From the human T2T-CHM13v2.0 reference genome, Homo sapiens, in NCBI RefSeq assembly GCF_009914755.1, contig NC_060927.1: DNA of 64,000 bases. One strand, 5' to 3'. Shown here piece after piece: positions 1 through 13,875 of the stretch. Position 1 is the stretch's first letter. Every line of letters starts with the position of its first letter. Position numbers and translations under genes: made by a program. A model generated the notes under the pieces. That model did no database searches. It was not told the DNA's origin and saw only the letters and a list, made by a program, of their open reading frames with translations.

Positions 1-329
1 TTGCAGAGGCCAGGTTTACCTAGCATGGGGGTGGGCATACAACCCAAACTGACAACCAGAGCATCCCACACTCTTCCCCCATCCCTGATTAGTCCATGAA
101 TGTATGTTATCAAGGCAGGGCCAATCAGTAGGTGTTTTTGGTGGAGAGGGCATTGATAAGAACATTAAAAGAGTTAGAAGGCCTCACTCATGAGATCATG
201 GCACTTTGTAGTTTGGTTTATACTGGTTTGACTTGAGATGTTGAACCTTGCAACCCAGAAAGGCCTGATTAATCTATCCACTGTATCACTGTAGTGCATG
301 GAGTCCGACATGGGCTTCCCTTCCTAGCA

Positions 330-700
330 CAGAGTGAAACCCCAAGTCCTTTTCCAGATTGGCATGGTCTTATAGACACTGGCATTTCCTGCATTGTGCT
401 AATATAGGTGCTGGTCCCTCTGCCAGAGATACTCCCCCAATAACCAGCACACCTCACTTCCTCCAGTTCTAAACTCAATGTGGCCTTTCCTGACATTTTC
501 TTTGCAGGAGCACCCTCAGCCCAACCCCAGCAACATAGTAGTCACCATCTGACATGCTATATATTTCCTTTTTGTCTATCTTCACCCATTAGACATATCA
601 GATCACGAGGGCAGGGACTTTGTCTCTATTGTGCACATGTTGGATATGCAAATAGGTGCTCAATAAAGATATTTTGATTAAATGAATCAATCAATCAATC
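330..700 (+). mobile_element. L2 3' end
   Basis: gagggcagggactttgtc...aggtgctcaataaa...aatgaat, the L2 terminus. Confidence 0.7.
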
Positions 701-2229
701 AATCCAACATGTGGTGCCCAGTCTGAGGGAGGCTGGTTATCTTCACTTCCATGACTAAAAGGCTTAGCAATATAAGGCTTAGGAATTTGAAACATTTAAA
801 GATGAGTCAAAACCATCCCCGCTCCAGGTAGTCCCTGCTCCACGCAAACACAAAAGGATCACAGTCCACTTTGAATCAGGAGAGCATCTGAGTGTCAAAA
901 ACAATACCAGGAGCTGGCAGTTCCCACTCTGCCACCACTTCTGCATGTCCTCTCCCACTCCCCCACCACAGTAGGCTCCTTACTGGTTCTTTGTCAGTGG
1001 GACAGGGGGGCAAGAAATCCAAGTTCCCACCAAGCAATCATGTTATACCTAATCAGTATGCATAAGATGACAAATCCTGATACAGCCGACTTTGACAAAA
1101 AAGGGAAAATTTCAGTGTGGTGGGAGAGAGCCAGCTATGAGATTCCCCTTCACATATTGGTCAAGAAGCAGAGAGTTCATTTTGTTTACAGGGCAGGGGA
1201 GAAGCATGGACAGACATCAGAGTTTGGGGCTAGCTCACACCTAGGTGTCTCTTATTCAGTGCCTTTCATCTTGATTTGCAAGTCTCAAGTGTTCCATTTC
1301 TGAATCTGCATCTGGGCCCCTTGATCCAGATTGGGTTTTCCCTTGCTGCAGAGCAATCTAGTTATATTTGGTGACTTAAGCTAAGAACATTTCACATCAT
1401 GAAATCTGGTTCATCAAATACTCAACAAATATTTACTAAGCTCCTACTACATCCCAGCTCTGTTCCAGGCTTTGGGGACACATCAGTGCATATGGGACAT
1501 AAATGCCCTGATGCACCACCTAAGGATGGGGGCTTCTTGCCATTTGCACATAGACATCATTTACTGCCTGTCTGGTCAGACCTTCCTATGGGTGAATTCA
1601 CATTTTAATGGAACACACTGGAGACATGGCAAAGTGATTAAGAATGCATTTCAATCAACCCAACATGGTCTAAAAAAAGTAAGTAATAGGCATAATCTAC
1701 ACCCATAGTTTCCTACCTGATAAGGTTGTTGGGAAGATTAAATGAAGTGCTTCAAACAGGAAACTAAAAATGAAAAATGTGAGGCAATCACCATGATTAG
1801 ACACTCTGAGGTAAAAAAGCTTATTCAAATCACCCTGCACCCCCATAAGGGCTCCTATACCAACTCTCCTTTCTCCCAGGAAAGTTCAAGCTTGGTCACC
1901 ACTGACTATGCCCACTCAGGTCAACCACATGCTATGGGGGCCAGCTGGAAGCACAACCCCTCTACATCCCTTGGGTGAACTGTTGGAGAAAATTGAACAT
2001 AAAATTGGAAGCTCTCAGCCGATGCAGTAACAGAGTACTGGGCATGAGCCAGCATCATCCCAACATCGATTCTTTACCTCTAAAAAGTGGTTTCCTCCAT
2101 GGCAAAATTGGTTATTTATGGTCAATAGCACTTTTGCCACAGTTTTCAACACACAAGCAGCATGAGCTTTTCCCCCAGCCCTTCCCTACTAAACCAGGAC
2201 CCAGGACGCATGACGGTGGGAAGAGGCAT

Positions 2230-2595
2230 GGGAGTCAGGAAACTTTTGTGAAAGACTTGGTTTATGTATTTTGGCAAGTCATTTCCTTTCTCTGGATCTT
2301 GATTTCCTCAGGGGTAAAACCTCACTGGATTAGATCAGGGGTCAACAAACTTTTTCCTATTAAGGGTCAGGATCAATATTTTAGGCTTTGTGGGCCATAT
2401 AGTCTCTGTCATGACTATTCAACTCTGCCCTTGTAGTGTGACAAGTGAAGACAAGACAAAAGTAAATGGGCATGGATATGTTCCTATAAAACTTTACGAA
2501 AACAGGATGCAGGTTGGATTCAGCCAGAGAGTCATAATTTGCATACCATTGGATTAGATGATCTATGAGTACCTTCCAGTTCCAACTTTCCATAA
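2230..2595 (+). mobile_element. MIR/MIR3 fragment split by MER58A
   Basis: ggcaagtcatttcctttctctgg...gattagat, resuming gatctatgagtaccttccagttccaac. Confidence 0.6.
2336..2551 (+). mobile_element. MER58A (hAT-Charlie MITE) with 8-bp TSD
   Basis: CAGGGGTCAACAAACTTTTT...ttttaggctttgtgggccata; TSD GATTAGAT at 2328-2335 and 2552-2559. Confidence 0.9.
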
Positions 2596-2681
2596 CTTGA
2601 TTGTATAAGATTCACCTCCCACCTGACCTTACAGAAAATCTTAAAGACTAGAAGCCCTAGGTTAAAAATAAAAGCTCTGGA

Positions 2682-2925
2682 AATAATAACAGCTATCATT
2701 TATTAAGTGATTGCTGTGTACCAACTATTATGCTAATGACTTTAATGTGCTTTATCTCATTTCATTCTCAGGGCAATTTGTTGAGGTAGATACCATAGTT
2801 AATCTATTTTATAAGTAAAGAAGCTGAGACTTCAGCAGTCTAAGTAATCCATTCTACATCATATAACTGGTAAGTGGCAGAGCTGAAACTGGAACTGATG
2901 TTTGACTCCTGAGTTCTTGTTCAAA
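2682..2925 (-). mobile_element. MIR, near full length
   Basis: aataataacagctatcatttattaagtg...gaagctgagacttcag...gtaagtggcagagctg. Confidence 0.8.
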
Positions 2926-4364
2926 AGTACTAAATTATGGGACCATCACACAGCTGTTCAGACACCTACCTCTGCTGGTCACCCTACCCACTTCCCCAGT
3001 TACTCTCTCATGAACCCTCAAGAAGTTCACATGAGAAACCCTATTCTTGCATGTCACATACATTAAAAGATTGGCCTAAAAATAACACCCAAGTTCACTA
3101 CTCTAGATGATGAATTGCTTTTTAAAGCATAATAACTGGTTCTTTGACCGGCTCAAGACCTTATACTGGTAGAATACCTTCGACATGCCTTATTTGGAAG
3201 GCAACCATGAGACAAGTGCTGGATCTGCTGACGGAATCTGCAATCTCTCATCCAGGCAAACACAGCCTTATTTAAAGAATTCTTAAACTAAGAAGAAGGG
3301 GGAAGAAATTCAAGGACTTACTTCTTACCACAGTTTATCACAGTTAAACTAATCATAAACAAAGCTCTCAAGAAACAGTGACCTTGGAAAAAAATCAAAG
3401 GGTAGCGTGGAATGTGCATGAGATCCGCTGGCCAGTGTCATGAGAGGAGTTTCAAGGTGAGGGGCCTGCTGGAGCTCCATCAACGCCTGTGCACTGTCGC
3501 ACTCTCTGAAACCTCAACAAAGTCTCCTCGTGAGATGAGTGATTACTAATGTAGTCTCTTTGGGGCCTTCAGATGGATGGAGGTTTGTAATAATACAGGT
3601 ATATGTTTCGGGGCAGCCACAACTCCCTTCCTCTTGCTTGGTGGTAGACAGCTGCATTCTCCAGAGTGTTCTAATGTCCACAGCAAGCACAGTGAAAATG
3701 TTAATGCAACAATTTGATAAATATTTAATGGCTCTTTCCTTAGATTGCTGATGCGATTAAGCCAGAGCCTCATTACTAAAACCTACTTTCACCTCCTATT
3801 TTATTTATGAGCTTGATTCCTTTACACTAACACACAGCCAGGTTTAGATAAATTGAAGTCAGGAATACAGTGGAAAGAGGAAGCAACAACTCAATACCAG
3901 AGCATCAAAACTCAGTGCAACTCAGCTTCTGGCAAGAGGTATTGTTCCTGTCTCCCAAGGCGACAGACAAGACTGAAACAGAGCTAGACAAGAAACCACC
4001 TAGATGAGAAACAGCCCCAGGAGTATGGATCAGCTGTTTTCATGGTGATGGTGATATTTGGAAGGTGAGCAAAAAGACAGGGACCCTCAATCTATTTCTC
4101 ACTTCCTAACTGGCCAGGACTAATTATTATTAGAGTACATTATACATTTGACCAACAATAATTTCTCTTCATGGATTTTTGTTCTTCCACCCACGCAGTC
4201 CTAGTCATTCTTTGAGCCCAGATCAAATGTCATCACCTCTCGGAAGCTTTCTTGATCCCTCCTCTCAAGTCAAAATTAATCATTCCTTCTGTTGTAAACC
4301 CACATGTTTTGTTGACAAGGTTATCATAGCTTTTATCTCACAGATTGCCTTTAGTATTACAGTC

Positions 4365-4560
4365 AGAAATAGTACAGTTGAAAATGAAGATTTGAGTCCA
4401 ACTACCTGGGTTTACCACTTACCAGTTGTATGGTCTTAGGCATGTTAACCTCTCAACACCATATTTGCTTATCTTTAAAAATGGAATGATGATGCCCCTA
4501 CAGGATTGTTGTGAGATCACCTGAGATAAATGTTTCAGTACCTAGCAAGCATTTAGATAT
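4365..4560 (+). mobile_element. MIR
   Basis: ccacttaccagttgtatggtcttaggc...caggattgttgtgagatc. Confidence 0.65.
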
Positions 4561-5244
4561 TCTCCCTAACAGCTAGATATATACATGCCCATATGTATGT
4601 AGAAGGAACCTGAAAGCGCCTATCTACCTCCCACATTTTCCCATTTAGGATAAAAAAACTGTGAGCCATGTTGGCCAAATTCCAAGCCATAGTAGTGAGT
4701 AGGGTCACTTTAAAAGATCACATACCCACTTACTGCTTTCATTCCATGTCCCATGTCTTCCCTCCATGCACAAGTTTACTCTCTGTGTGCATGCCTGAGC
4801 TTGCTGGTCACTGAACTTACTTCTTGTTCCATGTGACTAGAGAAAAAGTTTGGTAGAATCTCAAGATTTGCATTTATGTTTAGGAGTGATCAGGAGGCCC
4901 TGTGTAGGCTTCAACCTCAGCCATGTGCCCTGATTCAGTTTTTACAGGGCCCTCCACTAAAGCGGAATGTTGCCATCCTTCCTTATAGGTTCCTTGGGAG
5001 CATCTTTGGAGGGAGCAAGGGTTTATACAAATCAAGACCACACCTCATTCCTAGCAGGATGCATATGGACCTCCTCACAGTGCTTGACGGCAGATGCAGG
5101 GAGAGGGAGAGGAGAGCCTGGAGTTAAGCAGGCCTCAGTTCAAATCCCAGTCTGCTGCCATAAGGCCTCAGGGCAGATGGAAATCTCTCTAGCGCTCATT
5201 TTCTACCTTGTTGAATATAACAGAGAACTCTAGTTACTTACCTC

Positions 5245-5712
5245 AGCATCTCCTCTTCCTCCTCAGTAGCAGGATTCCAGTTTTCATCTAAGCACACTCA
5301 CAACTTGAGTAAACAACCGCATTTCTCAGCCTCTTTTGCAAAGACGTGTGGTCATATGTCAAAGTTCTGGCCAAGGAGATGGTAGTAGCATTGGGTGAGA
5401 CAAGGGGAAGTCTCCTTAAAAGAAAGTATCTGTATACTGCTTCCCTGCCTTTTTTCTTCTTGTTGCCTGGAATGCAGACATGGTGGCAGCAGCTGAACTA
5501 TGGAGCGACTCTGAGGAAGGGAGCCATATGCCGAGGTTGGCAGGGCAGGAAAAAAGCAAGCTGGGTCTCTGTGACATAGTGAAGCTGCTAGACTAGCCCT
5601 AGGCAGACACCTTTAAACTTCTTTGAGGAGAGACAAATAAAGGCTTGACTCATTCATGCCACTATGGAGGTTTTCACTGTTCTGTGCAGTCCAACTTGAT
5701 CATTACTTACAT
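5245..5712 (+). mobile_element. MLT1J-type MaLR solo LTR
   Basis: catttctcagcctcttttgca...tgtggtcatatg...ttctggccaaggagatg...gcctggaatgcagac. Confidence 0.7.
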
Positions 5713-5724
5713 ATAAGGCTCAGC

Positions 5725-6090
5725 CAGAATGTAAATAAAACTATGACCTTCAAGCCAAGTCCAGCCCCACAGCCCGTTTCTATATGGCCCAGGAGCTAAG
5801 AGTGATTTTTATAGATAAATATTTGCAATCAATTTGGTAATAGGAGACAGTAACTCTAAACCTCACTTCCTCAAAAATGAATTCCATTCTTCTCATTAGG
5901 AGACCTGTATTTCGGAAAGGTTATACTCAATTATTATCATTGTATTTTAAATTTTGTCAAAAAAAATCTGTGGAAATTTGTTTTCTCATTACACAAGTAC
6001 CTACATACTAGTCTTGATTTTGCCTCTTGACTTGCATAACCTAAAACATTTACTATTTGGCTCTACACAGAAAAAGTTTGTTGACCCATG
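5725..6090. mobile_element. MER58-family (longer subtype) hAT-Charlie element
   Basis: ggcccaggagctaagagtg...aaaacatttactatttggctctacacagaaaaagtttgttgaccc. Confidence 0.75.
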
Positions 6091-7331
6091 ATGTAGAAAA
6101 GTCTCCAACATGCTGCTGATCATAAAGAAAATAACTCAATAAATGATACCTGCTACTAAAATTAAATCTCCAAAAAAGCCTGGCACAAAGTTACTCAACT
6201 ATTTATTCATTTTTGTGAGATATTATAATCCTATAGAAAAGTATGGCTTAACTCTTTGTTGACTTAAAGAGATAAAAAATTTCCAGAGTCAACCTCACCC
6301 CTTCCAAGCATCTCCACCTTCTTTCCTACTTCTTGGTCATCAGGCAAGAAAAAATAAACATGACAGCATAACAAAGACACTTAGAATGCACTGTCTCCCA
6401 TGTCTCCCTCCCTATCCCATCAGTCACATATGCATTTTTAAGGCCACCTAACACAAAGGGACAAAATGGATATGAGTCTTTTTTGGCACTGAGTCTAATT
6501 TCATTTAAATTTTTCTGGAATGGTTTGGTAACTGAGCCTAATATCCATCAGATATTTCCCAATACCAGAATTGACATGTATAAGTTGCCAACCTGGTGCC
6601 AATTAATGGAACCCTGGGCAAAGTCACATACATGATATTCAACACATCATAGTAATGCTTCACCCATTCATTTGGGATCCAGGAAAAGTCTCTCATACAT
6701 GTATCACCAGGAGCAGTTGAAGCATGAGTTTCAGCCTTCCCCTATATAAGAAAAATTATTTGGCTGAGTTAAACCAGTGGTTTCCAACCTTTTTGGGCAA
6801 TGTTGCCAAGCTTCTGGCTCATGTTCACATCACTCTGCCAGTTTGTGCCAACTCCTCCCTCCACCCTTCTGTTCCCAACCCTCAGTTGGACATGCTCTAA
6901 TCTGTAAGACAGTCTGGGCTGTTCCAAACACTGGGGATGGGAGTATGAAAGGGGAGTGTAGGACCAGTTCAGTGGAGGCCTGATGGAGAAGAAAAGGCAT
7001 ATGTGCAGCCCATCATGTCTCTCCTTAAGGCAGTCAGGGAAGAAAAGGCTGATTTGGCAATGGCAGTGGGGGTGTGAGCAAATGAATGAGGTGGCCCTGA
7101 GTGGGATGCAGAAAGGTGGAGTTGTGTCTTTAGCTGGGTGTTTACTCCTTCAAAATTACCACATCCAGTCCCAGCCCACTGGAAGGCAAGCCAAGGGGAA
7201 AGTCTTATGGAAAGAGTGGTGGCTCAAAAGATTTCAACACATCAAGAGAATGTAGGCATGGCCAATGGCTTGGGAGGGCAGTGGGTGGGCCAGAGGATGA
7301 GAATCATCCCTACTAATCAGCTATTATCCTT

Positions 7332-7696
7332 TGCCATGGTTTGAATGTTTGTGTCCTTCTCCCTCAAATTCATAGGTTTAAATCCTAACCCCTAAAGTGA
7401 TAGTATTAGAAGATGGGGCTTTTGGGAGGTGATTAGGTCATGAGGATAGAGCCCTCATGAATAGGATTAGTGCTCTTATAAAAGAGACCCCAAAGTGCTA
7501 GCTCTTCCCTTCCACTGTGTGAAGACACAGCAATAAGTCACCATCTATGAACCAGAAAGCCAACCCTCATCAAACACCGAACCTGCAGGCACCTTGATCT
7601 TGAACCTCCAAGCACCAGAACGTAAAAGAAAATCTGTTGTTTATAAGCTACCTAGTTTATGGTATTTTGTCACAGCAGCCCAAACAGACTAAGATA
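7332..7696 (+). mobile_element. MLT1A0-type MaLR solo LTR
   Basis: tgccatggtttgaatgtttgtgtcc...gggaggtgattaggtcatgagg...gcagcccaaacagactaagata. Confidence 0.85.
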
Positions 7697-8102
7697 CTCT
7701 TGGTTATAAGAAACTGTCATGTTGCAAAGCATCTGAAGCAAGCAATTAGCGGGTGGGGGTGGGAAGACATCTTGGATGAAAGTACTGTGGATTTTGTCCC
7801 AGCAATGCATGCACTCCCAAAGGATATGTACTAGAATGTCTGTAACAGCACTTTTTGTAAGTCTCTAACCAGAAACTAAGGAAACTCCCAGCAACAATTG
7901 AATGAATATATTTTGATCTATTTAACAATGGAACCCTATACAACAACTAAAATGAAGGATCTACAACTATACACAAGAAAACAATTGGATCTCACAAACA
8001 GAATGTTGAGTGAAGGCAGCCAGGTATGCAAGAGTACATATTGTATAATTCCCTTTATGTAAGGTATAAAAACTGATACAATCTATGATGTTAGAAATCG
8101 GA

Positions 8103-8542
<440 letters not shown>

Positions 8543-9093
8543 TTATTTCTTGATTCTGTGTGCTGGTAACACTGGTATATTTAGCTTATGAAATTTCATT
8601 CAGCTGAACACCTATGATAAGTTCACTCTCCTATATGGATATATTACACTTCAGTGAAAAGATCTAGAAGATGTAATGTGACCTTTGAGAGATCTGGAAC
8701 CCACAGTATGCTAATTTTGAAAGGATCCTTGACAATTCTTGGGCCAGAGTTAGCCTTAATCACTTCATTTGACAATAAGACTCAAAGAGAAGGAACATGA
8801 TAACAGTGGCAGCAACACAGCAGTAGTAAAAATATATAACAGTAAGCCAATATTTACTTGATATTCACTTGTGCTAAGTGCACCACAAGTTTTATCTCAT
8901 TTAATTTTATAATACGCCTAGGAAGTATACAGGTATATCCCACTAACAGCTGAGGACACTGAAGTTCTGAGGGGTGAGGAAATAGGCCTGACTCCTGGTT
9001 TAAACACCCTTGCTGCCTCTTCCTGGGACCGAGGAGCTCGTAGCTAAGTGAGAACTTGATCCAAGTCTCCTAATGCTTGAGTCAATGTGCCTC

Positions 9094-9538
9094 CGTGGTA
9101 GGTTGCAAAATGGCCTCCCAAATATATGTCCATGTCCTGATCCCCAGAACCTGAAAATCATAACATATTTGAGGAAGAAGCCCTTGCAGATATAATTAAA
9201 TTGAAGGTTTTGAAAGGAAGAGATTATGTAGATTATACAAGTGGGCTCTAGATGTCACCTCAAGTATCCTTAGAGAGGCAGAGGGAAATTTGACACATGC
9301 ACAGAGGGGAAAGCAATGTGAAGATGGAGGCAGCTACTGGAGTGATGCGGCTGTAACCATGGAAAGCCAAGGATGGATTGTTGGCAGCCACAAGAAGCCG
9401 GGACAGACTCTCTCCCAGAGACAGCCAACACCCTGACTTTCAAACTTCTGGCTTCCAGAACAGTAAGAGAATAAATTTCTGTGGTTTTAAGCCACCAAGA
9501 TTGTGGTAATTTGGTACAGCAGCCCTAGGAAATGAACA
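9094..9538 (+). mobile_element. MLT1C-type MaLR solo LTR
   Basis: gtggtaggttgcaaaatggcctccc...ataaatttctgtggttttaagccacc...cagccctaggaaa. Confidence 0.85.
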
Positions 9539-9569
9539 CTCTCCCTAAGCATAACACAGCAGCATCTAA

Positions 9570-9805
9570 AGAGAGTGTTCTACAAAATGGCAACAGGTGT
9601 CCTTGAAAAACACGCCAGAATCACCAGGTTTGGAAAACAATGTTAAGTGGGTTTCTTTATGATTGGACTTCTCAGGCCCTATGTCATGCTTATTGTCCCT
9701 TATGAATCTTTGAGAAGGAGATATGGTACCATAGACTTTCCCAAACTTGACCAGCCTCAGAACTCTCTTGTGAGGCTCCCCTGGCACATTCTCAGGAAGT
9801 GCTGC
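9570..9805. mobile_element. MER103C-like hAT-Charlie element
   Basis: gtttctttatgattggacttctcaggcc...gaatctttgagaaggagatat...tttcccaaactt. Confidence 0.6.
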
Positions 9806-10911
9806 AGTACACCACACTGAACGCACTAACGGGACCCAAGAGGGAACAAAGGCCTGAAAAGCTAAGAGTTATCACTTTGCCAAGCTCATGATTATTCTTC
9901 TAAAGCCCCCTAACACAGTGCAGCAGCTACGAGGGCAAGAGTTGCACTAGATAATCTCCATGGTTCATTCCAAATCTAACATTCTCTAATTCTTTATGTA
10001 CAACAACAGTTCTTGCCCATGGCAGACACTGCTAATCAATCGCAGCACTATTTCCCTAAGCCCTGAAGGGGCCCCTTTAATTCTTTTTAACCAGAGCTGC
10101 AGGCAAATAAAACCTCTGTGCTATTCCTGTCTTAGTAACTCAATGAACAGTCCAAATAAATAAACCATGGCTTATGGGTTTTCAGAAATGCCTGCATTAC
10201 TCTCCTCTCGTCCGGGGAAGGACATCCTCTTCCCTGCCAATATCTGTTGATGTTTTTTTCCACTTTTAGAATACGCAACCCTTTGCTCTGATTTTTAAAT
10301 TAGTACTCCACCAATAACATTCAGTGAGAGGTTGTGGCTTTTGGGGCCAGAGAGAAGAGCAAGTCTGGGGCACTAAACATACAGTTCAACCTTTGTTCCC
10401 TGGGAAAGATCAGCTCTGACAGATTAAAAAATATATATGTTTACTGCTTTCTGAGTTCCAAAGCCATTTGTGGGAGTTGTAGTAGATCTTAAAAACTTTT
10501 GGATCCCAAATCAATTCCCAGGACAGCTGCATCTGATCAGACTTCCTAGGCAGGAGAGTTCAGAAGCTTGGGGTCTTCAGAGAAAACCATTAGCTAGGGT
10601 TGCAATTTTTAAAAGGTGATGAGACACTCATGCCTCACTTGTACAGAGTGCTGAAATAATGTCTCACTCCAAGGGGTTTACAGACCTCCACAAGGGGCAA
10701 CTATAATTGATCTGGTTTACAATTAATACAGAAAAAGAAGGCACAGAAATGTGAAGTGTATGGACTTAGCAGCATTGGGAAGCACATTAATCTCTACAAC
10801 CCCCAGGAAGTAAGAGGGAGATGAGGAAAGGAGGAGAGTAATAAAAATAACTTAAAAATTTTTAATTTCCTAATAATTTTCTTGCAGTGTTAGACACTGG
10901 CCCAGGTATCA

Positions 10912-12200
10912 GTTAATCAGTCAGTCAAAATTTGTTTAGGGAGCCCTCCTAGAAGGAAGGTACTGTCACTGAAGATGGGATTTAAATGATGCAATCCTTG
11001 CCTTTAAGGGACAAGAAGGGACAGGGACAGGCTTGTCATATTGAAAATAAAATATTTTGGATCTTGGAAAGTGCTTTGGAGAAAAGTTGGTAAGATAATG
11101 TGGCCAAGAAAAATGTGGGCTGTGGAGTGTAGTCATGGAGCAAGGCTAGGCAGGAAGTTCTCTTGACAGAAGGACATTTAAGCTAAGATCTCAATGGTGA
11201 GAAGCTCCTAGCCAGGCAAAGATCTACGGGAAGAGCATTCCAAGCAGAAAGAACAGCAAGCACAAAGGCCCAGAGGTAGGCAGAAACTTGGGCTGGCCTG
11301 TGACTGAAGCACGGGTGCCAGTAGCCAGGTAGGAAGATGCCCTTGAGAGGTAGGCACGGGCTAGAACTTGCTAAGGTGGGAGAGTCTCACAGGTCACGGC
11401 AAAGTGTTTGGGTTTTGTCCTTATTGCAATGAGAAGCTGTCTGAAGGTGTTAAACAGGGTCATGTTATGATGTGATTTAAGCTTCAGAACCACTAGGTGT
11501 TTGGGAAGGTTGTCAAGTAATCAAGGTGAAAAATGATGGCAGCATGGACTAAAGTTGGACCTGTGGAGGTTTGAGATATGTATCTTTTCTAGCATATTTT
11601 TTACAGAGGTGTGATTTACATACAGCAAAATCCATAGACCTTATATGTAGAGTCTCATCAATTTTGAAAAATGCCTATATCCATGTAACGCACACTCTAT
11701 CAAGATATCAAACATTTTCAGCACCCCAGGAAGTTACCTCAAGCTCCTTTCTAGTCAGTCCTCCCTCCCTCTCACCCTCACCTGCTACAATTTGGGCTAT
11801 TTTTTTGAAGTAGAACTGAAAGGACTTATTCCCATTGGATAGGATATGGGGAGAGGGTAAGAGAAAGAGAACAATCAAAGGTGCCAAAAGTTTTTAGCTC
11901 AAGCAACTGGGTAGCTGGAGGTGCCATTTGTTGACACAGTCAAGGCTTAAGGAAAGGAAAAAGTTAGCGCTATGTTTTGACACAGCAAGTCTGAGAAGCC
12001 GATTGGACATCTAATGAAGATGCTGAGAAGAGATGTGTATCTAAGTCTGGAGCTCAGGAGAGAGGTCCAGGCTGGAGATGTGACTCCACTAGTCAAGAGT
12101 CCAGTGTAACAAGAAGCCATGGGCTGGATGGCGTCAACAAGGGAGCAATAAAGATGAAAAAGACATGAGCAAGCAGGAAGGAGGCAGGAGCGGCTGACCT
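10912..12200 (-). mobile_element. L2 (long, degraded), interrupted by an L1 fragment
   Basis: gggaagagcattccaagcagaaagaacagcaagcacaaaggccc; gtctggagctcaggagagaggtccaggctggagat. Confidence 0.8.
11592..11800 (-). mobile_element. Old L1M 3' terminal fragment
   Basis: gaggtgtgatttacatacagcaaaat...atcaagatatcaaacattttcagcacccc. Confidence 0.7.
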
Positions 12201-12349
12201 AAAAAAAAAAATTAGAAGAGGAGAAAAGAGCAGCAAAGGAAATTGGGAGGTAGGAGGAAGATAAAGTAAGAGGGAGACAGAAAGTTATAGAAGGAAGCAA
12301 GAGGAGGGAATGATCCACTGGGACAAACCCTGCTGACAGGCAGAGGGCG

Positions 12350-12500
12350 ACCTTGACATCTCTTAACATATTTAACCCTCCCTAAAACTCCATAGGGTAG
12401 GTGTCCCAATTATTTCCATTTTGCAGACAAGGAAACTGAGGTTCAGAGATGTAAATGACTTGTCCCATTGCTAATAAGTGGTGGAGCCACCGTTTTGAAG
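12350..12500 (-). mobile_element. MIR
   Basis: ccattttgcagacaaggaaactgaggttcagagatgtaaatgacttgtcc. Confidence 0.75.
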
Positions 12501-12504
12501 TTTA

Positions 12505-12780
12505 ACAGCTTCCCCCAAGTGTGTTCTGTGGCACATTAAGAGGTGAGGCTGAAAGGGGGTTCCAGGGTCACATTAGCACAGAACATGCAACATCAAGGCT
12601 CAATGGGTTTCTCTACTCCAGGCCTTCTCATAGCCTTTGAATTGTGATGGCTCAAGAGGGAGATGTAAAACATCGTATGTTCCACGCACACATGGCGCCT
12701 TTTTTTGTTTTCTTTTTTAGAAGAGCAATTCACCAAACAGGTATTCCCAATATCACAGTAAGAGAACCACTGCTAGAAGG
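12505..12780. mobile_element. MER103C-like element
   Basis: cagcttcccccaagtgtgttctgtgg...gggtttctctactccaggccttctcatagccttt. Confidence 0.55.
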
Positions 12781-13714
12781 CAACATGAGTAAGTTTTCAA
12801 AATGTGTTTAAACAAAGTCCAAAGTGCCTTCTTGGACATTACATCACTTGTACCCGAAGGAGAAAGGGTCGACATGAACATACCATTTTACAGATAATGA
12901 AGCTGAAGCTCATGAGGTTAAGTGGTCTGTCCTGTATCCACAATTCTGCAGCAATTAAGCAAGAAAAATCATTCCTGGTCCATGTGCCCCAAAGAGTAGG
13001 AGAAATCAGGTCAGGCCAAGGGAGAATCAGGCAAGAAGCTTAAATGAGGCTTTGTTCAGTCTCTGCCTCTCCTCTTTACAATATTCCCTTTGAGTTCACT
13101 TTCCACAGGATTACACTCAGAATGGGGGGATATACAGAGAATGCAGGAAGGGCTGCAAGTGAGCTCAGGCCTTGAGCATTAGGAAATGGCTTCAACTTTC
13201 TGGGGCTGTGTAGGGTGAGGTCTTGTGAAAGGATCCTGTGGGAGGCATTATGGATTGGAGGCAAGAAAGTGGCACCTACATCCAGGTAGAAAGGGCCCTT
13301 GATGGAAACATAACTGTCTTAAGAATTCCAAAAGCTGCAGGAATTAAAAGCACTTCACAGTCAATCAGCCTTATCTTGGGTCATCTTGGTTCAGAACTTA
13401 AAGAACCCAAGGCAAATGAGCTGAACACTCCTCAAGTTGTTGCCACGAGGGCCTCTGCCCCATGTGGTCTCCCTCAATTCCATCACAGTGGATTGTCTAA
13501 ATGGGGACCTCATGGACTGCTGTCTACAGAATGCCAGCATCCTAGAGAAGCAGGCTTCGGCAGAGTGGCGGCAGGGCAGTGGGAAGGGTGGTTACTGAGT
13601 ATAAATTATAAAGAGAAGACCGCCCACCCCACCCCCCACTCCGCAACCCGCCAACAATCCACCAAGAGCAAATGCTTGAGAGCACAGGCTGCATTTAAGA
13701 AGCATCCCAGGTAG

Positions 13715-13875
13715 ATGCTTGGAATTAGACAGTTGTAGGTCCAGGTCCCCCGCATGGCCACTTGGTAGCCTTGTGTCTCAGGGGAGTTACCAAACCTCTT
13801 TGAGCTTATCCTTCATCATCTGTGAAATAGGCTGGCTGATGGCACCAACCCTCATAGGGTTGTCGTAAGGGTTTT
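13715..13875 (+). mobile_element. MIR
   Basis: ttcatcatctgtgaaatagg...cctcatagggttgtcgtaaggg. Confidence 0.6.

Noticed and set aside
1975-2436. 153-aa ORF
   Set aside because: GTG start, runs through MIR and MER58A sequence, no recognisable domain.
13238-13714. 158-aa ORF, the longest in the window
   Set aside because: Non-ATG start as listed, no recognisable homology or splice context, and a length expected by chance in 64 kb.
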